From Candidatus Moraniibacteriota bacterium (GTDB lineage Bacteria > Patescibacteriota > Minisyncoccia > Moranbacterales > UBA1568), in the NCBI GenBank assembly GCA_963743885.1, contig CAVURJ010000002.1:433706-497705 (forward strand): a DNA stretch of 64,000 bases, read 5' to 3'. Positions 38,073 to 48,734 of the stretch are shown piece by piece. How positions within the stretch are numbered: position 1 is the first letter of the stretch; the number at the start of each line of letters is the position of its first letter. The notes below the pieces were generated by a model. It saw only the letters and a program-made list of their open reading frames with translations, had not been told where the DNA came from and did no database searches. The position numbers and the translations under genes were made by a program.

Positions 38073-39368
38073 ATGACGCAGCAACTTGGTTGGAAGTTCG
38101 TCACGCATCATTGGACTCATTTCGACGAGTACGTCGCAATGGCACTGCTCCGGATGTACGGACCGACCGCCGGCCTCAAGGGCATCATCGCGGCCACAGT
38201 CAACTTCGTCGATGCCGGCAGCGATGCTCCCAGCTATCTCGTTGGGCGCGATTGGGAACAAGAACACATCGTTCCGTTCGGCGTCTGGAAAGACTGGGGC
38301 CCGTTCGACGAGCATCGTGGGGAAAACCAGATCCGACAGCACCAAGAATCAGCTGCGAGTCTGGTGCTCGGATTCCTCAAGAAGCGCATCCCGGATTTCA
38401 ACGATCCACGAGCAGACGCGATTTCCGCGTATGCGACCCAGATCGACCTCATGGGCGGCGCGACGAAGCAGTCGCTTCCGAATATCGTCAAGAACATGAA
38501 CTGGCTCGGCGGTCAGGAACAGACTCTTCAATGGGTACTGGAAGGCATCAATGTCTATCTGAAGCATGGCGACCCATCACAGACGGATTTCAACCTCGAA
38601 ACGATAGGTGCACTCATGTCGCAGAAAGACGGTGCCACGACCAAGTGGCTCCTCCAAGGGCATGAGGCCATCGTGTGGGAGCAAAACACCTTTCAGGCAG
38701 CGATCGAGTCAGTCAAGAACGAGAAACAGCGCCTTCGTCTGGAGCACGTCGGCCGGAAAAACGACTCGACCGTCAAAATTGCCGCCTTCGAAAGCGACAA
38801 TCCCATGATGGCGCGGGCGATGTTGGTCTTCCTTAAGGCTGATGTAGCCATCGTCAAGAAACCGAATGGCCATGTTGCCATACTCAGCAGCGGCAAATCG
38901 CGTATCGACCTTACTGGTCTTGCGCGGATGTTGAACCGGGCTGAGCTTGAGCTCCGCAAGGACCAACGGGTAGCCGAAATGAAATTCGGCGAACTGAGTC
39001 CTGACGGGGCTGTTCCGGGCAGTGTCTGGTCATTCCAACGCAGCGCAAAGAATCAGAGTCTGCTCAATGGTGCGCCATCGGCTCCATCGGTGCATCCGAC
39101 ACAGATCGGATTCAAGCGGATCTTCGAGATAGCCACCCTGGCTCTCGACGAAAAGCGCTTCGCAACACAAGAAGCCGACGGATACGCCTGCAATAGCTGT
39201 GATTCACGCAATAAGCAGGCATGCCCATTCTTCAGCTACGGGCTACCGCGCTGCCAAGACATCCGTGTTGCCAAACGGAATACCAAACAGGGTCACCAGC
39301 ACCCGTCCGGTAATCGCATCATCGACCCGTGCATGGCAAAGCTCAAAGAGCTCCAAGCGGCCGCGTAA
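38073..39368 (+). CDS. MYG1/DHH-like putative phosphoesterase with Cys-rich C-terminus
   Basis: VTHHWTHFDE, FDEH, IDL.G motifs. Confidence 0.5.
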   Translation: MTQQLGWKFVTHHWTHFDEYVAMALLRMYGPTAGLKGIIAATVNFVDAGSDAPSYLVGRDWEQEHIVPFGVWKDWGPFDEHRGENQIRQHQESAASLVLGFLKKRIPDFNDPRADAISAYATQIDLMGGATKQSLPNIVKNMNWLGGQEQTLQWVLEGINVYLKHGDPSQTDFNLETIGALMSQKDGATTKWLLQGHEAIVWEQNTFQAAIESVKNEKQRLRLEHVGRKNDSTVKIAAFESDNPMMARAMLVFLKADVAIVKKPNGHVAILSSGKSRIDLTGLARMLNRAELELRKDQRVAEMKFGELSPDGAVPGSVWSFQRSAKNQSLLNGAPSAPSVHPTQIGFKRIFEIATLALDEKRFATQEADGYACNSCDSRNKQACPFFSYGLPRCQDIRVAKRNTKQGHQHPSGNRIIDPCMAKLKELQAAA

Positions 39369-39503
39369 GTCATTCTGAGATACATCATGTGTCTCAGCCG
39401 CGTATCTCTCTCGTATGAGGGGTACGCGGATTTTTTTTGCAAAGAAAAAAGCGCCATCGACAGAATACTATTCTATCGACGGCGCCTATTATACGGAGAC
39501 TTT

Positions 39504-40169
39504 TCATGAAGCCGAGAGCTCGAGATTGCACTGAAGCCCGTCCATCGGCGGACTGTTATGCTTCTCGAGCAGCTCGATTGCCCCTTCGATCTCATGGATA
39601 AGGATGCATTGCTCCTCAGCCCAGAAAAGATAGTGGTCGCGCGTCTCGGCGATCTTGCGGCGACGTTTCTCAAGGCTGCAGGCCCAGAGCGTGATCAAGT
39701 TGTGTAGCCGATCAGCCAGCTTGATGAGAAAGAATCCCCGCGGCGCGAAACGGAAACGCCTGTGATAGATGGCGACGCATTCCTCGTCGGTCTTTCCTGG
39801 AAACTTGTGCTTCGTCAGAAAATCGACAAGCAGCGCTACTTCGTCCCCAAACTCGGCCCTGACCCGTTGAACGGTCCATTCCGGACAATCCTCGACGAGA
39901 TCATGAAGCAAAGCCGCGATGATGAGATTGTGATTCTTCACCCGCAGATGGACGATGAGAATGAGCGCGACGGCACGAAGATGCTCAAAATATCGCTGCC
40001 CTCCCTCGCGCTTGACCTCACGGAACGCGTCCTTGGCAACATTATATGCCCTCTCAATGGCCAGATAGCGCGGATCAAGTACCGGAAAAAAGAGAACGAT
40101 GCGAGCGAAGAATGTCTCACGGTTTTCGCTACCGGACTGCAGAAGAGCGATAAGGCGAGTGAGTATCAC
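39504..40169 (-). CDS. HD-domain (p)ppGpp hydrolase-like protein (small alarmone hydrolase)
   Basis: REGGQRYFEHLRAVA, AALLHDLVED, IKLADRLHN; GGAGG before GTG 40169. Confidence 0.8.
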   Translation of the reverse strand: MILTRLIALLQSGSENRETFFARIVLFFPVLDPRYLAIERAYNVAKDAFREVKREGGQRYFEHLRAVALILIVHLRVKNHNLIIAALLHDLVEDCPEWTVQRVRAEFGDEVALLVDFLTKHKFPGKTDEECVAIYHRRFRFAPRGFFLIKLADRLHNLITLWACSLEKRRRKIAETRDHYLFWAEEQCILIHEIEGAIELLEKHNSPPMDGLQCNLELSAS

Positions 40170-40283
40170 GATGTACCTCCCTTTCAGATAGGATTCAACA
40201 AGTTGGTAAGAAACTGAATATTCGAATATATGATAAAACCGACCCTGAGTCAAGGGTCGGTTTTTGGTCCGAAAAAGCCGTTC

Positions 40284-41204
40284 CTACGCCTTGAGATAGC
40301 GATGGATGGCGATATAGCTCGAGAGAACGCCGAGGCCCATGCCGAGGAGTGCCACGGACGGCAAGACGATCCAGAAGTATCCGAGGTAGAGGCCCATGAA
40401 GTTGCCCTGCGGGACCGCCCCTTCGGTCATCGGCGAGATATAGTACGCAACAACGAAGAGGAGGAGGATCGTGGCGAGCGCCGCCGCGAGGCCGTAGAGG
40501 ATGCCTTCAAAAACAAACGGCATGCGCACATACGTGTTGGACGCACCGACCAGGCGCATGATCTCGAATTCCTGGCGATGCGAGTAAATCGTGATGCGGA
40601 TTGTATTGAAGGTGATGAGGATAGCGATGAAGATGAACGCTGCTCCGAGAATCATGCCCGCCTTCTCCGTCGCAGCGCCGATACGCTCGAGCCGGTCAAA
40701 GATGCGCTTGTTCTTCTGATAGTTGATACGGCTCACGTCGCTCTGAAAATTCGAATTCTCGATACGGTTCACGATGACCTCATAATCCTCTGGACGCACC
40801 GATTTGATGACGACCGAGGCGAGCAGTGGGTTCTCCCCTATCTCGTCGATCGCCTGCGCGATAAGCGGATCATTGCCACTCTCAGCGAGGAAATCCTGAA
40901 GCGCCTGGTCGCGCGAGACATACGTCACAGAAGATATCTCCCTGGTATACTTGGTAAGTTCATCGCGGACGGCGAGGATACGCTCCTCCGGCACATCCGG
41001 ATTGAAGGAGACGCTCACACTCACCTTGTCGCGCATGCCTTCGAGCACAAAATGCGTCGTCGCCCCGAGGAGCGCCGAAAGTGTGACGATGAAGAGCGAG
41101 AGCGAAAGGATAGAGACCGTCGCGAAGGAGAGCCAGCCGTTGCGGCGGAAGTTCTGCCATCCCTCCCTGAAGGTCCTCCAGAGCTTGAGTGTTTTCATAG
41201 GCAT
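40284..41204 (-). CDS. ftsX: Cell division permease FtsX
   Basis: RNGWLSFATV, ENPL, NTIRITIYSHRQEFEIMRLVGAS...PFVFEG. Confidence 0.9.
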   Translation of the reverse strand: MPMKTLKLWRTFREGWQNFRRNGWLSFATVSILSLSLFIVTLSALLGATTHFVLEGMRDKVSVSVSFNPDVPEERILAVRDELTKYTREISSVTYVSRDQALQDFLAESGNDPLIAQAIDEIGENPLLASVVIKSVRPEDYEVIVNRIENSNFQSDVSRINYQKNKRIFDRLERIGAATEKAGMILGAAFIFIAILITFNTIRITIYSHRQEFEIMRLVGASNTYVRMPFVFEGILYGLAAALATILLLFVVAYYISPMTEGAVPQGNFMGLYLGYFWIVLPSVALLGMGLGVLSSYIAIHRYLKA

Positions 41205-41297
41205 GTATCTAGTATCTTGTATTTTGTATCTAGTATTTTGTATCTGGTATCCACTCCCCTCTCTTGCCTCCTTCGTCTTACCTCTCATCTCTTCCTA

Positions 41298-41999
41298 TCA
41301 GCTGATGATATATTTCCCCTTGCGATCATCATGTGTGATGCGGCCCTGCTCGAGTGCAATGACACGCTTGCCGATCTTGTCGACGATACCCTTGTTATGG
41401 GTCGCAAGGATCACGGTTGTACCAAAGGAATTGATCTCGAGCAGAAGCTTGATGATATCAGCGGTCGAGACGGGATCGAGGTTGCCGGTCGGTTCATCAG
41501 CGATGATTACCTTGGGACGATGGATGAGAGCACGCGCCAAAGAGACACGCTGCTGCTCGCCACCAGAAAGCTGCTTCGGGAACTGATGCATCTTGCTGCC
41601 GAGACCGACGATCTCGAGGATCTCCGGCACTTCAGCCTGAATCTCTTCAGTGCTCTTGCCATCCACCTCGAGCGCATACGCGACATTCTCAAAAGCGGTC
41701 TTCTGCGGCAGCAGCTTGAAATCCTGAAAGACGGTTCCAATCTGACGCCGAAAAAACGGCAAGTGCTTGCGGTTGATCGCGCCGATCGGCCGGCCATTGA
41801 AGTACACCTCGCCGGAGCTCGGAATCTCTTCCGCATAGATAAGCTTGAGCAGCGTCGATTTGCCCACCCCACTATGACCGACGAGCGAGATGAACTCACC
41901 CGGGAAGATGGAAAAATCGATATCCTCGAGCACTTTAATATCTCCAGGGAAGACCTTGGAGACATTTTCGAAACGGATGATGGGGGTATTCTCTGGCAT
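41298..41999 (-). CDS. ftsE: Cell division ATP-binding protein FtsE
   Basis: GHSGVGKST, VFQDFKLL, LSGGEQQRV, ADEPTGNLDP. Confidence 0.92.
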   Translation of the reverse strand: MPENTPIIRFENVSKVFPGDIKVLEDIDFSIFPGEFISLVGHSGVGKSTLLKLIYAEEIPSSGEVYFNGRPIGAINRKHLPFFRRQIGTVFQDFKLLPQKTAFENVAYALEVDGKSTEEIQAEVPEILEIVGLGSKMHQFPKQLSGGEQQRVSLARALIHRPKVIIADEPTGNLDPVSTADIIKLLLEINSFGTTVILATHNKGIVDKIGKRVIALEQGRITHDDRKGKYIIS

Positions 42000-42134
42000 A
42001 AAACAGCTTTTTTCTTTTGTCTTTTAAAAATGTGCGCTTGCGATTCTTACCACGAGTAACGAGTAATCAGTAATGAGCGACTTGGATTCCCTCTTTATTC
42101 CTAGTTACTAGTTACGAATTACCAATTACGCATT

Positions 42135-43236
42135 TTATACATTATTATTTTTACTGAAAAATCGGAGTTCACTTTCGATGAACATGTCGAGGTCGCCATC
42201 GAGCACTCCTTGCGCATTGCTCGTTTCGGCAGCGGTCCGGTGATCCTTGACCATCGTATACGGGTGGAGCACGTAAGAGCGGATCTGATTGCCCCACTCG
42301 GCGCTTTTGACCTCGCCGCGGAGCTTGCGCTTCTCCTCTTCCTGCTCTTCTATCATTTTTTGCACCAGCTTGCTACGGAGCATCTTCATGGCCTCCTCGC
42401 GATTCTGGAGCTGCGAACGTTCACTCTGGCAGGCAGCGACGAGATTGGTCGGGATATGTGTGATACGCACGGCACTCTCAGTCTTGTTCACATTCTGGCC
42501 GCCGGCACCCTGCGAGCGATACGTATCGATACGTAAGTCTTCCGTCTTGATCTCGACGGTCTTATCGTCATCAATGACCGGCATGACCTCTACCGCCGCA
42601 AACGACGTCTGGCGGAGACTGTTCGCATTAAAAGGTGATAGCCGCACCAGCCGATGGATACCGGCCTCGCCGTGCAGGTAGCCGTAGGCATACGCACCGG
42701 AAAGCTCGATCGTTGCGCTCTTGATCCCAGCCTCGCCGCCACGCGACTCATCGAGCACGACGCTCTTCCAGCCGCGACGTTCAGCATAACGGATATACAT
42801 GCGATAGAGCATCTCGGCCCAGTCCTGAGCATCGGCGCCGCCGGCGCCGCTCCGAATAGTGAGGAGCGCGCTCGCATGGTCATACTCCCCGCCCAGGAGG
42901 GCGCGGAATTCCCAATCATCGATCGCTTTCTCGGCCTCGGCATATTCGCGCCCGATATCGGCGAGTGTCGCCTCATCGAGATCATCCATAGCCGCGAATC
43001 CTTCGATATCAGACAAAGATCGATCCAGCCGACCAAAAGAGGCGCGATCAGACTCTATCGACTCGAGTTCCTGCATGATGCGGCCCGCCCGCTTGGGATC
43101 ATCCCAAAATCCGGACTTGCCGCTCTCAGCGCGGAGTTCCTCCGCACGGGCAGTCTTCCCTGGCCAGTCAAAGATAGTCCTGCAGGTGCAGGAGTTTTTG
43201 TCGAAGAACGGCTATCTTGTCTTGCATAGCATCCAT
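42135..43236 (-). CDS. prfB: Peptide chain release factor 2 with programmed +1 frameshift
   Basis: SPF and GGQ motifs; a 22-codon ORF from ATG 43236 ends at TAT CTT TGA C (43167-43176), and the +1 frame continues DWPGKT...FWDDP. Confidence 0.95.
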
Positions 43237-43304
43237 ACGCATTTCAGTATACCATATCTTCCGCTAGGACAAAACAAAAACAGGCTATAAAGCCTGTTTT
43301 TTTC

Positions 43305-43380
43305 TGGAGCCACCTCGCGGGATCGAACCGCGGACCTACACGTTACGAGTGTGTCGCTCTGCCAACTGAGCTAAGGTGGC
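43305..43380 (-). tRNA. tRNA-Thr(CGT)
   Basis: gccacct...ctCGTaa...ggttcgatcc...aggtggc-t-cca. Confidence 0.95.
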
Positions 43381-43392
43381 TTTTAAATTACC

Positions 43393-43833
43393 TCACGTAA
43401 GAGTACCACGTAACCGCGCCCGATTACTAGGTCTCCGATTCAATCTCCCTCTACCCTTATTCAAAGCAGCAAAAGTCGGAGTGAACGCATCGCAATTCGG
43501 ACATATCAGACGCAAATTGCTTTCTTTGTTATTGGACCAATCACCATCGATATGATCCGCTACCAACGGCACAAGATTTGTCGATGGATTGACCTCCGCC
43601 CATCCACAGAGACAGCATTTATTGCCAAACTTCCGACGTAAATAACGTTTTATATGTTTGGAAACTACTCCTATGTTTCTCAAGCCCGTTATCGTACCCG
43701 ATTTCCAACGCTCAATGAAAATACCATATTGGTATTCCTGTTGGCATGCATTGCTGCAATATTTATACCGAGCCCGCGCAACTTCCTTGCCGCAAACCGG
43801 ACATTCAGGAAGAGCTTTTTTATGTCTTGGCAT
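43393..43833 (-). CDS. HNH endonuclease with N-terminal Zn finger
   Basis: CPVC...YCSNAC, CCLCG, DHIDGDWSNN..NLRLICPNC. Confidence 0.85.
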   Translation of the reverse strand: MPRHKKALPECPVCGKEVARARYKYCSNACQQEYQYGIFIERWKSGTITGLRNIGVVSKHIKRYLRRKFGNKCCLCGWAEVNPSTNLVPLVADHIDGDWSNNKESNLRLICPNCDAFTPTFAALNKGRGRLNRRPSNRARLRGTLT

Positions 43834-44087
43834 AACCCTATACTACCAAATTGTCAACCAAAGCGCAACTTGACGATGGTAAGCATCTATTATCAAGCGA
43901 GATAAGCGAAACGGAATTATACTTTCGTTTTTAGAACGTGAACACCCCAACAGGGCGCTTGACAAAAATATAAAAAAGGAGTATAATTTAAAATCGAGTA
44001 CCTTAAGTCGGGGCAGCCGCCCCTAGCCGCTTTTCCCCCCAACCTATACCCCCTCGAGTCATCTATGGGGTTAAAAAGGAGACGAAA

Positions 44088-44657
44088 ATGTCGGCTACTA
44101 CTATCGTCGTACTGCCCCCTGGCGAACAAGAAGAACTGCGTACCGCTTTCAGGTTTGCACGTGGAAAGAATAAGTTCGGAAAGTGGCAAGGATGCAAACC
44201 GGGAACCGAAGAAAAGGACGAATATGACGACACTGCCGTATACGTCCTCGCCATCAACGAGAGAAAGGAGATCATCTTCGGAGTCCGGGTCATCACCAAG
44301 ACCCAAGAATTGCCGCTTCCAATCGAACGGTATGTTCCAGGAATCAATCCTCCCGTCGACAGCGTCGAATTCTCTCGCGCACTACGGGTCAGGTTCTCAC
44401 CGACGATGGATGCCACACGCATCTACCGACTGCTCTTCAAGATGTACCATACCGCGCCGGAAACGTACGCGAGTATCCACAAAGAATTCAAGGCGAGCCT
44501 TCTCCTCCAGTTCGGCCAATTCATGAGGGTACTTCCGGCCAGGCCGTTCCGCAAAGGCAAGGATGTCTTCGTCCCAGTAGAGTTCCTAGTCGAAGAGGCG
44601 CGACAGGCGCTGTTCTCTGCTAGCAACGAGGAACATCAGATCAGTAGGGCGGCCTGA
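44088..44657 (+). CDS. LuxI/FeeM-like GNAT acyltransferase
   Basis: R..F..W...EKDEYD...GVR...LP.E...EFSR pattern. Confidence 0.55.
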   Translation: MSATTIVVLPPGEQEELRTAFRFARGKNKFGKWQGCKPGTEEKDEYDDTAVYVLAINERKEIIFGVRVITKTQELPLPIERYVPGINPPVDSVEFSRALRVRFSPTMDATRIYRLLFKMYHTAPETYASIHKEFKASLLLQFGQFMRVLPARPFRKGKDVFVPVEFLVEEARQALFSASNEEHQISRAA

Positions 44658-44749
44658 ACTGCCGACTATGCGGTGCAACACAAGAAAAGCGGACCCTCCA
44701 CGTGAGGCATCCGCTTTTTTCTTTTTTACCAAAAATCGGCGATAGAAGT

Positions 44750-45811
44750 CTACTTCATCAGCTCCTCCTCGATAGCTATCTTGAGGTCTTGGGCGCTCAT
44801 GACACCGCCGAAGAACCGACCGTTCACGAAGATACCAGGAGTGCCACCCACGGCATATTTCTCGGCCTCGGCCATATCGGCATCGATCTGACCCTGATAG
44901 CGCTTCTCATCAAGACACTTCGAGAAAGCGCGGCCGTCAAGACGCAGGTACCAGGCATAATCCTTGAAACGCTGCGTATCAGTCCGCTTGCTCCACTCAT
45001 CCTGCTTTCGGAAGAGGTGATCGGCATACGTCTGGAATTTCCCCTGCTCGTGCGCGCATGAAGCGGCGAGCGCAGCTGGCTCGGCCTGACGATGGATCGA
45101 GGTGAGCGGAAGATGCTTGTAGATGAAGAGTACGCGACCCTCATACTCCTTGAGCACCCTGGAAAGCTCCGGCTGGAATGTCTTGCAGTACGGGCACTGA
45201 AAATCGGAAAATTCGACCACGCGCACCTTCGCGTCCTTCGGTCCGATCGTGATGGAGTCATCACGCGCCTCCGGCAGCTCGAGGTACTTACCGACCGGCA
45301 AGCCGATCGCGCTCATATCGAAGAAATATCGACCGTTCACCGGACGGAAGAGACTGCCCGCCTGCGTAAAGAAATCAGTCCGCTCAATATCATCGGAAAA
45401 AACGAACGCTGGCAGCGCGGCGATATCAAAACGCTCGATGAGTGCCTTCCCCTCCGCTGATCCGGCCGCCACCTCGGTCGCCTCAATAGTCGGAGCGACG
45501 CGACGCAGCCACACGAGCGCTTCGGAATAGTCGCATTCGACGCACTCACGATCAGTGACGACTTCGACCGAGACCTTCGGATCAGCATACGCAACCCAAG
45601 TCTTACCCTCAGCCTCGAGCAGATTGTGCGTGCGAATCGCACGACCAGAAAACCCCTTACCCGTAGCGAGCTGGACGAAATCAACGAAGAGACTGCCAAT
45701 GAAGAGTCCGGCAAGCACGATGCCAAGCGCGACGAGATTCTGCACCTTTCGCTTATCACTGTCCGCCTTCCCGATGATGATCTGTTCCATGTCCGACATA
45801 TCGCCTACCAT
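44750..45811 (-). CDS. DsbA-family thioredoxin protein
   Basis: EFSDFQCPYC, GTP; second thioredoxin-like CVEC domain; N-terminal TM. Confidence 0.85.
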   Translation of the reverse strand: MVGDMSDMEQIIIGKADSDKRKVQNLVALGIVLAGLFIGSLFVDFVQLATGKGFSGRAIRTHNLLEAEGKTWVAYADPKVSVEVVTDRECVECDYSEALVWLRRVAPTIEATEVAAGSAEGKALIERFDIAALPAFVFSDDIERTDFFTQAGSLFRPVNGRYFFDMSAIGLPVGKYLELPEARDDSITIGPKDAKVRVVEFSDFQCPYCKTFQPELSRVLKEYEGRVLFIYKHLPLTSIHRQAEPAALAASCAHEQGKFQTYADHLFRKQDEWSKRTDTQRFKDYAWYLRLDGRAFSKCLDEKRYQGQIDADMAEAEKYAVGGTPGIFVNGRFFGGVMSAQDLKIAIEEELMK

Positions 45812-45827
45812 TAATCATTTATCCGTA

Positions 45828-46166
45828 TCACTTCGAACACGATGCGCCCGCCGCCTGATCCGCGACCGGCATCGATCCGCCCTTCCGGATCATCTCCTTC
45901 TGGAGCGCATCGATATCGATGAGCGCCGCTGCTGGCTTGAGCCGATAATCCTCATACCCGATCGTGAAGGTATCCGATGCCACGACCTTGAGCCCCGCCC
46001 CGAGGACAATTGCTAGGACGAGCAAGACAACACCATCACGCATAGTGTATTCCCGCTTCGTGAGACCAGCTGAAGCGTCCTTGAGACGCTTCCAGACAGC
46101 CACGGCCCGAAAGAGCCATTCTGTGGCGCATGCCCTCACCTTTCCCTTCATGATTTCGAGATCCAT
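45828..46166 (-). CDS. Hypothetical membrane protein
   Basis: One TM; C-terminal GASC. Confidence 0.6.
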   Translation of the reverse strand: MDLEIMKGKVRACATEWLFRAVAVWKRLKDASAGLTKREYTMRDGVVLLVLAIVLGAGLKVVASDTFTIGYEDYRLKPAAALIDIDALQKEMIRKGGSMPVADQAAGASCSK

Positions 46167-46258
46167 AGGCAGTTTCGTATATCCGGATACCATATCACAC
46201 CTTCCGGCCTGGCGGCAAGGGATAAGAAAAAGAGCCCCAGAAAGGGCTCCACAGATAC

Positions 46259-46627
46259 TCACAGTTTCTCCAGATCATCGAGGACATCGTCTAGGTCATC
46301 GATACTCCTCGACCCCAGGCCGTCGGCCTTGCACGATGGGTCATCGAGCGCGGTACGCACATCCTCCGCAACGGAAATAGGTTTCACACCGCGCATGATA
46401 TTGTCATTGACCGCGATATTGGGTCCGTCCTCGCAACAGCCGAAGCACTTCCGCACCGACAAGACAACAGCCTCTTCTGGAGCGAAGCTGCCCTTGAGAA
46501 CACGAAAAACATCCTCGCCTCCGCGAGCAGAGCACTTCTTGCCGAGACAAACTTTGATGGTCGCTCGTCTAGCAACCTGGTGCGGATCATGCAGATGAGC
46601 CCGTAACGCCGAAATATCATGCCACAT
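46259..46627 (-). CDS. Thioredoxin-like [2Fe-2S] ferredoxin
   Basis: VCLGKKC...CFGCCEDGPNI. Confidence 0.8.
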   Translation of the reverse strand: MWHDISALRAHLHDPHQVARRATIKVCLGKKCSARGGEDVFRVLKGSFAPEEAVVLSVRKCFGCCEDGPNIAVNDNIMRGVKPISVAEDVRTALDDPSCKADGLGSRSIDDLDDVLDDLEKL

Positions 46628-46745
46628 AAAAAATACCTTACTACAATACGAGGACACCAACTTTTGACACGACCACTATTTCGTGGTATCACAAAATATG
46701 CTTTTTAACAACATCCATCAGGCAAAGAAAAGGAGGGTTGCACCA

Positions 46746-47078
46746 ATGACGAAAGAATCCTGGCTGTATCGCATGATAGGCGATATATTGCGGCATTTCA
46801 ATCTGATTACACTCAGCTATGAGGAGGCTATCCTTCGCCTGCTCAGACCGCCATCTGACAATGGTCCATTTTGGCGGGAAGAAGAAGTGATCGTGGATCA
46901 GACGCAACGACTTCTCAGAATCGAAAGGAAAGATATCCTGGTCATACTCAATCGCCTCGCACTGGAAGGAATGATTGAATCAAAAACACAGATTCACAAC
47001 GAAGGAGACTACCGCAGCCGTCTCTATGCTGTCCCGCACAAACACCATCGCTACAACCATACCAGAAACAGGACTTGA
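46746..47078 (+). CDS. Hypothetical winged-helix protein
   Basis: ILNRLALEGMIESK...RLY. Confidence 0.45.
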   Translation: MTKESWLYRMIGDILRHFNLITLSYEEAILRLLRPPSDNGPFWREEEVIVDQTQRLLRIERKDILVILNRLALEGMIESKTQIHNEGDYRSRLYAVPHKHHRYNHTRNRT

Positions 47079-47141
47079 TACTATCGTCCAAAGAGGAGCA
47101 TGATCACATCTCCTCTTTTTTCATGCGTCTACCTGATCCCG

Positions 47142-48038
47142 CTAATCTTTCGCTTGTCCAACAGGAACTTCTGGAACCGAATCCGCCGCTACGGATACTG
47201 TTTCATCGGTTTGGCGGATATTGATCAGCGCAAGACAAAAGAGAATCGCCGTAGAAACGAACGGGATACCCAAACATATAGGTAACGCATCATATACTAC
47301 CGGAACTGTGATAAGATACAGGCCAGCCTTATAGGCCGTGCCATAGCTCCAATTAGTCTTGCATAATCGCGACACAGCCCAGATGACAAGCGCTCCGAGG
47401 AGGAGGTAGACGAGATACGACACGAGGAGTCCGCCGAAGACTATAATCGGGACGAGGAAAAGGAGTGCGACGCTAAATCCCTTAATCAGCTTCTCAACCT
47501 TGGCCACAAACTTCGCATACTCGTCCTTCACGAGCGTGAACTGCCCGTCCTCGAGGAATTGGCCGATCTCCTGGATCTGCACCTTGCCCTTCTCTTCTTC
47601 GATGGCGCCGATCGTATCCTCACCGAGGATGATAAGCGTATCGTACTCATCGAAATCAGACACTTCGATCGGCTTCTCGGTGTTGATGACAATCAGATTA
47701 GCTGGCAGGGGTTCATCACCTTCGTCCTCGGCAGCACCGCGCGGCATCGGGATGGCGAACGGGCTTTCGGCATTCATCGAAAGCTTGCCGCCCTCCACCT
47801 TGAGCTCGAGCCAGTCGGGATAGAGATCGAGCACCTGCTGTCTGATCGAGTTGACTTCTTCAGACGAATGGAAGACGAAGGAATAGATGCCGCTAATAGC
47901 TGGAAAAGAGACGGCGAGCGAAGCGACGAAGACGACCAGCGCGAAATAACCGAGTGCCAAAGAAGACTTCCGTTCCTTCATGGAACGATAGAACGCCGGA
48001 TCGTACACGCTCGCCTTGAACGATTGCCAGAGCCACAT
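47142..48038 (-). CDS. DUF1189-like membrane protein
   Basis: SVYDPAFY, one N-terminal TM plus several C-terminal TMs, YKAGLYLITVP. Confidence 0.65.
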   Translation of the reverse strand: MWLWQSFKASVYDPAFYRSMKERKSSLALGYFALVVFVASLAVSFPAISGIYSFVFHSSEEVNSIRQQVLDLYPDWLELKVEGGKLSMNAESPFAIPMPRGAAEDEGDEPLPANLIVINTEKPIEVSDFDEYDTLIILGEDTIGAIEEEKGKVQIQEIGQFLEDGQFTLVKDEYAKFVAKVEKLIKGFSVALLFLVPIIVFGGLLVSYLVYLLLGALVIWAVSRLCKTNWSYGTAYKAGLYLITVPVVYDALPICLGIPFVSTAILFCLALINIRQTDETVSVAADSVPEVPVGQAKD

Positions 48039-48099
48039 AAGCAAAAAACTAAGGATATTACTCCTTCTAGTATAGCACTTATTCTGCCTGTGCGGCGTC

Positions 48100-48672
48100 T
48101 CACTCGCCGAAGAGCGTCTCATGCAGCCGGTCGCGGCCAGAGCCGGTCTTGGCCGAGAAACGGATGACCGGTGATGGAGCGAACTCCTCTTCTAGCTTGG
48201 CAATGTTCTTGGCAGTATCGGATTGCCTCCCCTTGTCAGCTTTGTTAGCAAGTATGAGCACGTTCCGGCCATACTCACGGAGGAGCGCATAGGTCTCGCG
48301 ATCGGAATCCTTGGCACCGACCTCGGCATCGACGACAAGCACCGCCCACTTGAGGTCAATCGCCATATTGGCCGCATACCACGAGAGGTAGCCCGCAATC
48401 TTCTTCCGGAGCTTCTCAGGCAGCTTGGCATACCCGTAGCCAGGCAGATCAGCGATATACCAACTGTCATTGATGAGGAAATAGTTGATCTCGGTCGTGC
48501 GGCCAGGACGCGAATTGGAATGTGCCAAATCACGTTGCCCCACAAGCGTATTGATAATGCTCGATTTTCCAGCATTGGAACGGCCGAAAAAAGCGACCGT
48601 CGGACGCGACGGCTGCGGCATCCCCTCGGAGCCGATGACACCTTTTATGAATTGTGCAGAAGTGATTTTCAT
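48100..48672 (-). CDS. engB: GTP-binding protein EngB (YihA/YsxC)
   Basis: GRSNAGKSS, PGRT, DLPGYG, NKAD. Confidence 0.95.
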   Translation of the reverse strand: MKITSAQFIKGVIGSEGMPQPSRPTVAFFGRSNAGKSSIINTLVGQRDLAHSNSRPGRTTEINYFLINDSWYIADLPGYGYAKLPEKLRKKIAGYLSWYAANMAIDLKWAVLVVDAEVGAKDSDRETYALLREYGRNVLILANKADKGRQSDTAKNIAKLEEEFAPSPVIRFSAKTGSGRDRLHETLFGE

Positions 48673-48734
48673 GTAGGACAGTATATGGTATCTGGTATCT
48701 AGTATTTAGTATACCGTATCTCGTATAAAGAGAA

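Noticed and set aside
40230-42059. 609-aa plus-strand ORF and other long antisense ORFs (e.g. 58679-59869, 59151-60074)
   Set aside because: Shadows of ftsEX, dnaK and similar genes caused by codon bias.
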